A DNA stretch of 62,463 nt from Acidobacteriota bacterium. Its GTDB lineage: Bacteria; Acidobacteriota; Thermoanaerobaculia; UBA5066; Gp7-AA6. Each line of letters opens with the position of its first letter. The first letter of the stretch is position 1. This document shows, one piece after another, positions 52,176 through 61,321 of the stretch. The translations under genes and the position numbers were made by a program. A model generated the notes under the pieces. The model was not told the origin of the DNA and searched no databases. It saw nothing but the letters and a program-made list of their open reading frames with translations. Location: positions 1 to 62,463 of the forward strand of contig JBKOVK010000013.1 of NCBI GenBank assembly GCA_046724475.1, read 5' to 3'.

Positions 52176-54248
52176 ATGCCGCGTCCCACCCACCCCGGCC
52201 CGCCGCCAACGGCCACGGCTCTCGGCAAGCCCGAGTCCTACCTGGACGCCCAGGCGCGGGCTTCCGGCCGATTCCGGCTGAAGACCGACTTCACACCGCA
52301 GGGCGACCAGGCCCAGGCCATCGCGAAGCTGGTGGAGGGCCTCGACGAACGACGCTCCGACCAGGTGCTGTTGGGTGTGACCGGCTCGGGCAAGACTTTC
52401 ACGATCGCGAAGGTGATCGAGACGGTCAACCGTCCCACGCTCGTGCTCTCGCACAACAAGACGCTCGCGGCCCAGCTTTACCAGGAGTTCCGGAGCTTCT
52501 TTCCGGAAAATTCCGTCGAGTACTTCGTGTCGTACTACGACTACTACCAGCCGGAGGCCTACGTTCCCCAGACCGACACGTACATCGAGAAGGAGACCTC
52601 CCGCAACGAAGAGATCGACAAGCTGCGGCTCTCGGCCTCCAAGGCGCTCTTCGAGCGCCGGGACGTCATCGTCGTAGCGTCGGTCTCGTGCATCTACGGC
52701 CTCGGAGCGCCCGAGTCCTACTACGACATGCTGGTGTACCTCGAGGTCGGCGACTCCCGGGGGATGCCGGCGCTGCTGTCTCAGCTGGTGGAGATGCAGT
52801 ACGAGCGCACGAACCTGGATCTCGCGCGCGGGACGTTCCGCGTGCGCGGCGACGTCCTCGAGATTCATCCGGCGTACGAGGACACGGCGGTCCGCGTCGA
52901 ATTCTTCGGAGACGAGATCGAGAAGATCACGAAGACCGATCCGCTGCGCGGCACCGCGCTGCAGAGGATGGACCGGCTGGCGCTCTACCCGCGAACCTTC
53001 TACGCGACGCCCCGGGAGACGCTCGAGCGGGCGGTCGGGTCCATCCGCGTCGAGCTCGACGAGAGGCTCGCGGAGCTGACCAACGCCGGGCGCTTGCTCG
53101 AGGCGCAGCGCCTCCACCAGCGCACGATGTTCGACCTCGAAATGATCAAGGAGCTCGGGTACTGCAACGGCATTGAGAATTACTCCCGCCACCTCTCGGG
53201 CCGCGCGCCGGGCGAGCCGCCGCCGACGCTGCTCGACTACTTCCCCGAGGACTACCTGCTGGTCGTCGACGAATCCCACGTCACCCTGCCGCAGGTGCGC
53301 GGCATGTTCCACGGCGACCGCTCACGCAAGCAGGTCCTGGTGGACTACGGCTTTCGGCTGCCCTCGGCGCTGGACAATCGGCCGCTGACCTACGACGAGT
53401 TTCGGGACCGCGTGCACCAGACCATCGCCGTCAGCGCCACTCCCGGAGGCGAGGAGCTCGAGCGCGCCGGGGGAGAGGTCGTCGAGCAGGTCATTCGCCC
53501 TACGGGCCTTCTCGATCCGCAGATCGAGGTCCGCCCGGTCAAAGGGCAGGTGGACGATCTCCTGTCGGTCGTGCGGGAAGCGGCCGCCAGCGGCGAGCGG
53601 GTTCTCGTCACGACGCTGACCAAGCGCATGGCCGAGGAGCTGACCAACTATTTCACCGAGGTGGGAGTGCGCTGCCGGTACCTCCACTCCGACATCGAGA
53701 CGCTCGACCGCGTCGAGATCCTGGGAGATTTCCGGCGCGGGATGTTCGACTGCCTCATCGGCATCAACCTGCTCCGCGAAGGTCTGGATCTTCCGGAGGT
53801 GGCGGTCGTCGCGATCCTGGACGCCGACAAGGAAGGGTTCCTCCGCAGCGAAACCTCGCTCATCCAGACCGCGGGAAGGGCCGCCCGAAATCTGAAGGGA
53901 AGAGTCCTCTTTTACGCCGACGCGATGACCGACTCGATGCGCCGCGCGATCGAGGAGACCGCCCGCCGCCGCACGATCCAGGAGAAGTACAACGTCGAGC
54001 ACGGCATCGTGCCGGCGTCGATCGTCAAGCAGGTCAACTCGCCTCTGGTCCGAATGGGGAATCTCGACTACTACGAAGTGTCTCTGCCGCCGCGCCCGGA
54101 TCTGCCCGACCGCGAATCGATCCACAAGCGCATCGCGGATCTGGAGAAGCAGATGAAGGCGGCCGCCAAGGAGCTCGACTTCGAGAAGGCCGCGGCGCTC
54201 CGCGACGAGATCCGGAGTCTCAGGGAGCTGGAGATCTTCAGGACCTAA
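52176..54248 (+). CDS. uvrB: excinuclease ABC subunit B
   Basis: 690 aa. [11 protein letters not shown]...[12 protein letters not shown]...[12 protein letters not shown]...VVDESHVT...C-terminal UVR motif [17 protein letters not shown]. Confidence 0.96.
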   Translation: MPRPTHPGPPPTATALGKPESYLDAQARASGRFRLKTDFTPQGDQAQAIAKLVEGLDERRSDQVLLGVTGSGKTFTIAKVIETVNRPTLVLSHNKTLAAQLYQEFRSFFPENSVEYFVSYYDYYQPEAYVPQTDTYIEKETSRNEEIDKLRLSASKALFERRDVIVVASVSCIYGLGAPESYYDMLVYLEVGDSRGMPALLSQLVEMQYERTNLDLARGTFRVRGDVLEIHPAYEDTAVRVEFFGDEIEKITKTDPLRGTALQRMDRLALYPRTFYATPRETLERAVGSIRVELDERLAELTNAGRLLEAQRLHQRTMFDLEMIKELGYCNGIENYSRHLSGRAPGEPPPTLLDYFPEDYLLVVDESHVTLPQVRGMFHGDRSRKQVLVDYGFRLPSALDNRPLTYDEFRDRVHQTIAVSATPGGEELERAGGEVVEQVIRPTGLLDPQIEVRPVKGQVDDLLSVVREAAASGERVLVTTLTKRMAEELTNYFTEVGVRCRYLHSDIETLDRVEILGDFRRGMFDCLIGINLLREGLDLPEVAVVAILDADKEGFLRSETSLIQTAGRAARNLKGRVLFYADAMTDSMRRAIEETARRRTIQEKYNVEHGIVPASIVKQVNSPLVRMGNLDYYEVSLPPRPDLPDRESIHKRIADLEKQMKAAAKELDFEKAAALRDEIRSLRELEIFRT

Positions 54249-54622
54249 TTCGGGGCCGGCGTCGGTCGGGGTGTCGGTACCGGCGTCGGCCCCGGCGTGG
54301 ACGCCGCCGTCGGCGCGGGCGTCCCGGGGACCGGGTTGCGGCGCAGGAAGATGCGCGCGGCACGCTCGGAGGGATCCTCGGACACGGCGCGCGTGTCGAC
54401 CTTCGGCTTGAGGCCATTCTCGATTCCCGCGGAGACCGAGATCGGAACGCCGCTCTGTCCCTGCTTCGAGTCCGGCGTCCAGGCGGCCGCATCTGCCGGG
54501 CGCAGGCCGATCGGGATGTTGCAGGGAATGGCGCCGTTGCAACGCGCGATCGGAACCAGCTGCGCGTGCGCGGCCGCCGCGAACAGCAGCGTCAGCGCGG
54601 CGAGAAGGACACGGCCGGCCAC
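54245..54622 (-). CDS. secreted hypothetical protein with Pro/Thr-rich tail (125 aa)
   Basis: Signal peptide [21 protein letters not shown]. Tail [26 protein letters not shown]. Starts 1 nt after the stop of the zinc-ribbon ORF. Confidence 0.5.
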   Translation of the reverse strand: MAGRVLLAALTLLFAAAAHAQLVPIARCNGAIPCNIPIGLRPADAAAWTPDSKQGQSGVPISVSAGIENGLKPKVDTRAVSEDPSERAARIFLRRNPVPGTPAPTAASTPGPTPVPTPRPTPAPN

Positions 54623-54623
54623 G

Positions 54624-54839
54624 TCACAGCCATTTGCACGCGCGCGCGAAGCCCGCCAGGATCAGAAGGAGCGCCGCGGCGGCCACCAGCCAGACCGCCG
54701 TCCGCGACTTCGGGGCCAGAGGCCTCTGCCGCGTGTAGAAACCCGTCTGCCATCGTTCAATCTCTCGACCGCACTTGGGACAGACCGGCGTGCCGGGCTC
54801 CACCGGTGTGTAGCAGTACGGACACTCGTACATCGGCAC
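54624..54839 (-). CDS. small zinc-ribbon membrane protein (71 aa)
   Basis: MPMYECPYCYTPVEPGTPVCPKCG (CxxC-x10-CxxC) followed by one TM segment (AVWLVAAAALLLILAGFA). Confidence 0.5.
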   Translation of the reverse strand: MPMYECPYCYTPVEPGTPVCPKCGREIERWQTGFYTRQRPLAPKSRTAVWLVAAAALLLILAGFARACKWL

Positions 54840-54895
54840 GGAAGCATCATACCGAAGCGCGAAGCCGTTGACGCGAACCGGGTTAAACTGATTTC

Positions 54896-56701
54896 GTGGT
54901 CGAGCGTCAGGCCCCGAAGGATCTGCCCGATGCGCCAGGGGTGTACCTGTTCCGAGGGGAAAAGGGAAAGCTCCTGTACGTCGGGAAGGCGCTTTCGCTC
55001 AAGAAGCGCATCGCCTCGTACTTCAGCGGGGACACCGACACCAAGACGGCGGCGCTGCTGCGCTCGTATCGCGACATCGAGACCATCGTCACGCGGACGA
55101 ACCTCGAGGCCCTGCTCCTCGAGAACACGCTCATCAAGAAGCACCGTCCCCGGTACAACGTCTGCCTCCGGGACGACAAGACCTATCCCTACATCAAGAT
55201 CACGACGGGCGAGGCCTGGCCACGGGCTCTGGTGACGCGCCGCGTGCAGGAGGACGGACACTCCTATTACGGGCCCTTCTGGGGAGGCCTGGTCCGGCGG
55301 ATCATGCGCCTGATCACGCGCCACTTCCAGATTCGGACCTGCACGATCGAGATCGACGGCAAGCTCCCGCGACCCTGCCTGTACTACGACCTGCACGCGT
55401 GCCTCGGGCCGTGCGTCGCGGGCCTGACGACGAAGGAGGCGTACGCCGACGCCGTGGCCGACGTGGTCCTGTTTCTGGAGGGCCGAAACGCGGAGCTCGA
55501 AGAGCGCCTCGAAGCCCGGATGAAGGCCGCCTCCGACGAGGAGAATTTCGAAATGGCCGCCGCGTACCGCGACGCGCTCCGCACGATCCGCGACGTGGCG
55601 GAACGCCAGGTCGTCCAGTCCATGAAAGGCGAGAACATCGACGTCTTCGGGTTCTTCGAGTCGGGGCAGGACGTCGCCGTCGTGGTGCTGGTCGTTCGGG
55701 GAGGAGTCCTGCAGGACCGGCGCGACTTCTTTTTCGAGAAATCGCAGGAGGTGGATCCCTCCCGCTTCCTCGAGACCTTCCTGCCCCAGTTCTACGATGC
55801 CAACCCGTTCCTCCCCGCCGAGGTCCACCTCCCGGTGGCGATCGAGTCGCGCGAGGTGCTCGAGGAGTTCCTCACGCAGCGCCGGGGTGCGAAGGTCTCC
55901 GTCAAGGTGCCGCACCGCGGCGGGGCGGCGGAACGGGTCCGGATGGCCGGCGTCAATGCGAGCGAGCGGCATCGCATCCGTTTCCGCCGCACCGGGGGAG
56001 AGGAAGCGATCGCCGCCGAGCGTCTGGGACGCGCGATCGGGCTCGCCGCGCCGCCTCACCGGATCGAGGCATTCGACATCTCCCACACACAGGGCACCGA
56101 CAGCGTCGCATCCATGGTGGTCTTCGAGGACGGCAAGCCCCGGAAGTCCGACTACCGCCTCTTCAACATCGCGGCGCAGGGCCTGCTGCAGCCGGACGAC
56201 TTCCGCAGCATGGCCGAAGCGGTCGAGCGCCGGTATCGCCGCGTCCAGGCCGAGGGAGGCGATTTTCCCGACCTCGTCCTCGTCGACGGCGGCCGGGGCC
56301 AGCTCCAGGCCGCGATGACCGCCCTCGACCGCCTGGGTGTGGAGCTTCCGATCGCGGGGCTCGCCAAGCGCGAAGAAGAGATCTGGGTGCCGGGCCGCCC
56401 GGACCCCATCCGACTGTCCCGCAAGGACCCGGCCCTGCAGCTGATCCAGCACGCCCGCGATGAGGCGCACCGCTTCGCGATCTCGCGCCACCGTCAGCGC
56501 CGCGGCAAGCGGATGCGCCAGACCGGACTCACCGACATCCCGGGAGTCGGGCCGGCGAGAGCCCGTCTGCTGCTTCGCCGGTTCGGGTCGGTAAAGGGCC
56601 TGAAAGGGGCCGACCCGGTCGAGATCGAGGCGGCCGTGGGACGCTCGACCGCGCGCGCCGTGGCCGCTTATCTTCAAGGGCAGGATTCGCCGTCGGCATG
56701 A
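54896..56701 (+). CDS. uvrC: excinuclease ABC subunit C
   Basis: 601 aa with a GTG start. GIY-YIG (PGVYLFRGEKGKLLYVGKA...RYNV), UVR motif (ENFEMAAAYRDALRTI), endonuclease region (IEAFDISH...), C-terminal HhH (LTDIPGVGPARARLLLRRFGS). Confidence 0.95.
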   Translation: MVERQAPKDLPDAPGVYLFRGEKGKLLYVGKALSLKKRIASYFSGDTDTKTAALLRSYRDIETIVTRTNLEALLLENTLIKKHRPRYNVCLRDDKTYPYIKITTGEAWPRALVTRRVQEDGHSYYGPFWGGLVRRIMRLITRHFQIRTCTIEIDGKLPRPCLYYDLHACLGPCVAGLTTKEAYADAVADVVLFLEGRNAELEERLEARMKAASDEENFEMAAAYRDALRTIRDVAERQVVQSMKGENIDVFGFFESGQDVAVVVLVVRGGVLQDRRDFFFEKSQEVDPSRFLETFLPQFYDANPFLPAEVHLPVAIESREVLEEFLTQRRGAKVSVKVPHRGGAAERVRMAGVNASERHRIRFRRTGGEEAIAAERLGRAIGLAAPPHRIEAFDISHTQGTDSVASMVVFEDGKPRKSDYRLFNIAAQGLLQPDDFRSMAEAVERRYRRVQAEGGDFPDLVLVDGGRGQLQAAMTALDRLGVELPIAGLAKREEEIWVPGRPDPIRLSRKDPALQLIQHARDEAHRFAISRHRQRRGKRMRQTGLTDIPGVGPARARLLLRRFGSVKGLKGADPVEIEAAVGRSTARAVAAYLQGQDSPSA

Positions 56702-58530
56702 GGACCACGTTCGGTCCGGAGGGAGAGATCCGCGGCACGGACCTGCTCGCGGCGCTCGTCGCGTTGTGGCGCGAGAACGCGAGCGGTTCGCTCCAGTTCT
56801 CCCGCTCCGGAGCGATGGCCGGCTTCGAGCTCGCGGGAGGCGAGGTCGTATCGGCGTCGTCCTCCGACTCGCGCTTCGAGACCGGAGCGATCCTCGTGCG
56901 CGCGGGCAAGCTCGACGCGTCGGCGCTCGAGCGCCTGTCCCCCCAGGAAGGGGGCGATCGCGCGCGGACCGCCCTGCAGGCGGGGCTGCTGACCAAGCGG
57001 GAGTGGCGGTGGGGAGAGAAGATCCGGGCCGTCGAAGTGCTGTCGGATCTGCTGACGTGGCTCGAGGGCGACTACACGTTCTTCCGAACCACGCTGCGGG
57101 AGCCGGGAGAATTTCGACTCACGATTCCGCGCCTGATCCTCGAGCTCTTCCTGCGCTCGCGCGACCGTGGGCTCGTCCTCCACTATCTCGGCGGCGCGGA
57201 CGCTCCGCTGGTGCGCTCGGCGAGCTTCGACACCGAGTTCGCGACGTTCGGGCTGACTTCGGATGCGGAGGCGGTCGTCCGCCTCATCGACGGAAAGTCC
57301 ACGGCGGCCGAGATCGCCAGCGAGGCGCCGGCCGACGCTTTCGCGGTCGAGAAACTGCTGGCGGCGCTGGTCACGCTCGGGCTGATTCATCCCGAGTATG
57401 CCGGCGAAGCGCCGATGCCCCGCCCGACGATTCCAGCGGCGCCGCCGGAAATCGAACCGCCCGAGGCTCCGAGCGACGAGACTCCGGCGGAGGCACTCGA
57501 AGAGGTCCCGGCGGCGCCCGTCGAGCCCGAGGCAGAGGAGGCTCTGGCCGCGGTCCCTCCCGAACCGGAACGGTACGAGCTGGCCGAAAGCACCGATGAG
57601 CCGGCGCCGGAACCTGTCGCGAACCTGGATGAGCCGCCGGAGAAGGAGGAGCCGGAGGAGCCTTCGGCGTCGGAGGAGCCGTCGCTCGACAGTCTGGAGC
57701 CCGAGATCGATCTGACCGAACAGCCACGGTCCGACTACGAATCTCAGATTGCCGGCGGATCGGGTGGACACGAAGCCCAGGAGGACCTCGGCACCGGTCC
57801 GAGTGAGCTCTATGAGGCCTCGCCCTTCGACCGACCTCTCGACACGACGACCGGTGTCGGAGGCCTGGAGCGTCCACGCACCCGCTCACTGTCCCCGATT
57901 CTGTGGCTGCTGGTGCTTCTGGGAGCGGCGCTGGGAGCCATTCTCGTGTTCCGCTCTCGCGCGCATCAGGAGGCGACGGCTGCCGGGCCGGCGCCGGCGA
58001 CCGCGGTCCCCACTCCCGCGGCGGCCGCGGCTCCCGAGGTACGAGTCGCGACGGGTGTTCCAATCGCTGCCGCGACCGCGCTTCCGACCCGCGCCTCCGC
58101 GGCGACGGCCGTTCCGACTGCGGTCGCTACTCGCCGCGCGCCCACCTCCGCGGCCCAATCGCCGCGCCCGACGGCCGCACGTGCACCAGCGCCCGCGAAT
58201 GCTTCGGAGGCGTCGGCATCGAGCACGGCGCGCCAGCCGTGGCTCGATCGCGCCTCGCGGGACCAGAAGCGCCTGGCCGGAGAGGCGAAGACTCGGTACG
58301 CGATCCAGCTCGAGCTCGTCTGCGAAACCCAGTCGCTCGTGGACGCCTTCAAGCACGACCGGCCCTCCGGGACAATGTGGTTGATGACCACCGATTTCCA
58401 TGGCCGCACGTGTTTCAAGGTGCTCTGGGGCCGGTACTCCTCGCTGGAGGCGGCCAAGCGTGTCCAGGGGCGTACACCGGCCTTTTTCTCGACTCCGCAC
58501 AACCGGCCCGCCGTCGTGGCGGTCCGCTGA
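56698..58530 (+). CDS. bitopic membrane protein: cytoplasmic DUF4388/PATAN-like domain, acidic Pro/Glu-rich linker, TM, Ala/Pro/Thr-rich spacer, C-terminal SPOR-like domain
   Basis: 610 aa. ATGA overlap with uvrC. N-terminus GTDLLAALVALWRENASGSLQFSRSGAMAGFELAGGEVVSA...LTWLEGDYTFF (DUF4388 pattern). TM ILWLLVLLGAALGAILVF. C-terminus RYAIQLELV...CFKVLWGRYSSLEAAKRV (SPOR-like). Confidence 0.7.
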   Translation: MRTTFGPEGEIRGTDLLAALVALWRENASGSLQFSRSGAMAGFELAGGEVVSASSSDSRFETGAILVRAGKLDASALERLSPQEGGDRARTALQAGLLTKREWRWGEKIRAVEVLSDLLTWLEGDYTFFRTTLREPGEFRLTIPRLILELFLRSRDRGLVLHYLGGADAPLVRSASFDTEFATFGLTSDAEAVVRLIDGKSTAAEIASEAPADAFAVEKLLAALVTLGLIHPEYAGEAPMPRPTIPAAPPEIEPPEAPSDETPAEALEEVPAAPVEPEAEEALAAVPPEPERYELAESTDEPAPEPVANLDEPPEKEEPEEPSASEEPSLDSLEPEIDLTEQPRSDYESQIAGGSGGHEAQEDLGTGPSELYEASPFDRPLDTTTGVGGLERPRTRSLSPILWLLVLLGAALGAILVFRSRAHQEATAAGPAPATAVPTPAAAAAPEVRVATGVPIAAATALPTRASAATAVPTAVATRRAPTSAAQSPRPTAARAPAPANASEASASSTARQPWLDRASRDQKRLAGEAKTRYAIQLELVCETQSLVDAFKHDRPSGTMWLMTTDFHGRTCFKVLWGRYSSLEAAKRVQGRTPAFFSTPHNRPAVVAVR

Positions 58531-58566
58531 ATCAGGCTTTCTGTTACCCTAGGCGATCACCTTCTA

Positions 58567-60198
58567 GTGCCAATGACGACTCAGGCGAAGCCGGCCGGTT
58601 TTCGGGGCTCCCTGTCCGAGACGCCCCTGCCGCAGGTTCTGCGGAGGATCTTCCTCGAGGGGCTCAAGGGGACCCTTTCGCTCGTCCACGGGGACGAGAC
58701 CCGGCACCTCTTCTTCGAGAAGGGCGAGCTGCGCACGGCCACTTCGTCGCGCGAGGGCCAGCGCATCGGGGCCTTCCTGCGCCGTCGCGGCTGCATCACG
58801 GACACCGATCTCAACTGGGCCCTGGAGACGGTCGCCAAGCAGGGACGGGCGAGGCTCGGAAAGATCCTGGTCGATCGGGGGCTCGTCTCGCGCACGGTCC
58901 TCGATGCTGAGATGCGCCGGCTGGTCGAGGAGATCGTGTTCTCGACGTTCGCCTGGGACACGGGCGAATACCGCTTCCAGGCGTCCACCGGCGTCCTGGA
59001 TCCGGACGTCGCGCTGACCCTTTCGACGGCCGCGATCATCGTCGAGGGGATTCGCCGGCTCCCCGAGAGCGAGGCTTTCCGCGAGAGGCTGGGCGACGGC
59101 CATGGGGTTCCGATCCTGGCCACGGATCCGATGTCGCGCTACCAGTACCTCCCGCTCACGCCGCAGGAGGCGTACCTGTTGTCGCGCATCGACGGCATCC
59201 TCGAAGTGGATTCTCTCCTGAAGATCGCGGGCGCCTCGCGGGCGGCCACGGGCAAGATCCTCTACGGCCTCATTTCGTGCGGGATCGTCGAGTGGAAGCA
59301 GGAAGGCGCGGAGAGGCCGGCCAGCGGCCGCGGCGGTTTCCACGGACTGAACGTGGAAGTCGGCGCCGAGCCGGCGGACCGGTCGCCGGGACACGCCGAG
59401 CTCGTGCGCAACACCTACCGCCGCATCGACTGGCTGACGCACTACGAGCTGCTCGGCGTGCCGAGGGACGCGACGACCGAGAAAATCGCCGAGGCCTATT
59501 TCGAGCGCAGCCGCCTTTTTCACCCCGACCTGCGCCACCGCGAAGATCTCGCCCGATTCGAGAAGGAGCTGGTGGCCGTCTTCGAGAGGATGAAGATCGC
59601 ATACGAGGAGCTCTCGGACGCGGAGCGCCGGGCGCTCTACGATCAGAGCCTGGATGCCGCGCCGGCTTCGCTGCTGATGACCGAGGCGCCGACGACCGAT
59701 CCCGAGATGCGCAAGAAGCTCGCCGCCCAGAATTTCCGGCGCGCACGCCAGCTCATCGAAGAGAAGGACTATCACCCGGCCGTCGAGATGCTCCGCGCTG
59801 CCGTGCGCTTCGTTCCCGACAACGCGGAGTACCGCTATGTCCTGTCCCAGGTCGAGATGAAGAATCCGAACTGGATCGACCAGGGCCTCTCCAACCTGAA
59901 GGAGGCCGCGCGTCTGGACAGCCGGCGCGTGGCGTATTCCGTGGAGGCCGCTCGCGCGCTGGCCGACCACGGCCGTCACCAGGAGGCCGAGCCCTTCGCC
60001 CGCCGCGCCGTGTCGCTGGACCCCTCGCCCGAAAACGAAGAGCTCCTGGCCCGGATCGTCACCGGCGCCTCGCAGCCGGCCCCGGCTCCCGTAGCGGCCA
60101 TGAAAGAACCCGCGAAGGAGATCGAAACGGCCGTGCCCGAGGCCGAGCCCGCGCCCCAGCCGACCGGTCTTCTCTCGCGCCTCTTCCGGAGAGGATGA
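58567..60198 (+). CDS. DUF4388/PATAN-like domain protein with a J-domain (HPD) and TPR-like C-terminus
   Basis: 543 aa. N-terminus GSLSETPLPQVLRRIFLEGLKGTLSLVHGDETRHLFFEKGELRTA...FAWDTGEYRFQ. J-domain THYELLGVPRDATTEKIAEAYFERSRLFHPDL...YEELSDAERRALYD. An alternative ATG start at 58573 is possible. Confidence 0.72.
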   Translation: MPMTTQAKPAGFRGSLSETPLPQVLRRIFLEGLKGTLSLVHGDETRHLFFEKGELRTATSSREGQRIGAFLRRRGCITDTDLNWALETVAKQGRARLGKILVDRGLVSRTVLDAEMRRLVEEIVFSTFAWDTGEYRFQASTGVLDPDVALTLSTAAIIVEGIRRLPESEAFRERLGDGHGVPILATDPMSRYQYLPLTPQEAYLLSRIDGILEVDSLLKIAGASRAATGKILYGLISCGIVEWKQEGAERPASGRGGFHGLNVEVGAEPADRSPGHAELVRNTYRRIDWLTHYELLGVPRDATTEKIAEAYFERSRLFHPDLRHREDLARFEKELVAVFERMKIAYEELSDAERRALYDQSLDAAPASLLMTEAPTTDPEMRKKLAAQNFRRARQLIEEKDYHPAVEMLRAAVRFVPDNAEYRYVLSQVEMKNPNWIDQGLSNLKEAARLDSRRVAYSVEAARALADHGRHQEAEPFARRAVSLDPSPENEELLARIVTGASQPAPAPVAAMKEPAKEIETAVPEAEPAPQPTGLLSRLFRRG

Positions 60199-60797
60199 CT
60201 CCGGTCCTGACCGGCCTCGGCCTCGCGGCCGCGGCCGGCCTGAATGCCTGGGTCGTCCTGCTGCTCGTCAACGGTCTGGCTCTCCTCCTTCCGCAGGAGT
60301 TCCCGGGCACGACGACTGCGTTTCTGACGAGCCACGGAGTGGTCACCGCGGCGTTGGTGCTCTTTCTGGCCGAGTTCGTGGCGGACAAGATCCCCATCGT
60401 GGACCACCTCTGGAACCTGGCGCAGACGCTGCTGCGTCCCCTCGTCGGAGCCCTGCTCGTGCTGGCGTGCGTTCCCGAGGCTTCGGCGATCGAGCGCATC
60501 CTGCTGGCGCTGGCGGGCGCGGCGGTCACCGTCGCCACGCATCTGGCGCAGGTGACCACGCGTCTGACGTCCACCGCGGCGACGCGAGGCCTGGCACAGC
60601 TCGCCGTCTCGCTGGCCGAGGACGTGCTGGCCCTGGCCTTCGCCGCGCTGGTCTTCTTCGTGCCTCCGTTCGCGGTGGTGTTCCTCGGCGCCCTCGCGAT
60701 CCTCTTGATCGCCGACCGCCGACGTGTGCTCCACGGGCTCGCGGTCATGTTCTTCCGGCTCAAGCATCCGCGCCGCCGCGCGCGGGCCGAGACCTGA
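60195..60797 (+). CDS. DUF4126 family membrane protein
   Basis: ATG 60195 (ATGA overlap), 200 aa. GLGLAAAAGLNAWVVLLLV...LAEFVADKIPIVDHLWNLAQTLLRPLVGAL is the typical DUF4126 core. Confidence 0.65.
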   Translation: MTPVLTGLGLAAAAGLNAWVVLLLVNGLALLLPQEFPGTTTAFLTSHGVVTAALVLFLAEFVADKIPIVDHLWNLAQTLLRPLVGALLVLACVPEASAIERILLALAGAAVTVATHLAQVTTRLTSTAATRGLAQLAVSLAEDVLALAFAALVFFVPPFAVVFLGALAILLIADRRRVLHGLAVMFFRLKHPRRRARAET

Positions 60798-61252
60798 TGC
60801 CGTACCTGCTCGACGGCAACAACCTGATTGGTTCCGTCCTCGGCCGGTCGCGGCCGACCGAAGAGGACCGCCAGGCGCTCGTGGCCGAGATCGCCGACCG
60901 GCTTCGACGCAGCCGCGCGACCGCGCGCCTCTACTTCGACGGGCCCGCCGGGAACCGGCCGGCGTCGCTGGGGAGCTTGTCGGTCCAGTCGGCGTCGGCG
61001 GGAGGCGCCGACGATACGATCGTCCGCGACGTCGAGAACGCCGCCGACCCCGCCTCGATGATCGTGGTGACAGCCGACCGCGAGCTCCAGCGTCGCGTGC
61101 GCGCGGCCGGCGGCAAGACCTGCGGTCCGACAGAATTCTTCCAACGCTTCGGGCGCCGCGCGCCGAAGGGGTCGTCGGCACCCGAGGGCCGGATCGACGT
61201 CGAGGAATGGACGCGGTTCTTCGAGGATGAACGGAATAGGACCCGGGATTAG
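60797..61252 (+). CDS. NYN/YacP-like (PIN-related) putative ribonuclease
   Basis: ATG 60797 overlaps the preceding TGA by 1 nt, 151 aa. MPYLLDGNNLIG...YFDGP...GGADDTIVRDV...MIVVTADRELQRRV matches the YacP-like NYN pattern. Confidence 0.6.
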   Translation: MPYLLDGNNLIGSVLGRSRPTEEDRQALVAEIADRLRRSRATARLYFDGPAGNRPASLGSLSVQSASAGGADDTIVRDVENAADPASMIVVTADRELQRRVRAAGGKTCGPTEFFQRFGRRAPKGSSAPEGRIDVEEWTRFFEDERNRTRD

Positions 61253-61321
61253 CCCGTCTCAACAGGGACCGAAGTGGGATACTCGGGCGAGTCGGCCCAC
61301 TGTGCAGAAAGGAGGCTCTCC

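Noticed and set aside
54868-54896. TTGACG at 54868-54873 as the -35 box of the uvrC promoter
   Set aside because: The spacing to the best -10 candidate (TAAACT, 54884-54889) is only 10 nt. With a 17-nt spacer the -10 would read ATTTCG. It is not a convincing sigma70 promoter pair.
54662-56677. 671-aa minus-strand ORF over uvrC, and 41799..43214(-), 49559..51208(-), 16306..17715(-), 17824..19641(-), 3341..4573(-)
   Set aside because: All are antisense to genes with strong family signatures (uvrC, the methyltransferase, the PBP, hutH/hutU, the kinase, hemA/hemC). All show the R/P/G/A-rich composition expected from off-frame translation of GC-rich coding DNA.
61253-61321. Hairpin AGUGGG...ACUC-GGGC-GAGU...CCCACU after the NYN gene, as a Rho-independent terminator
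   Set aside because: No U-tract follows the stem. It may simply be GC-rich spacer structure, and there is not enough evidence to annotate it.
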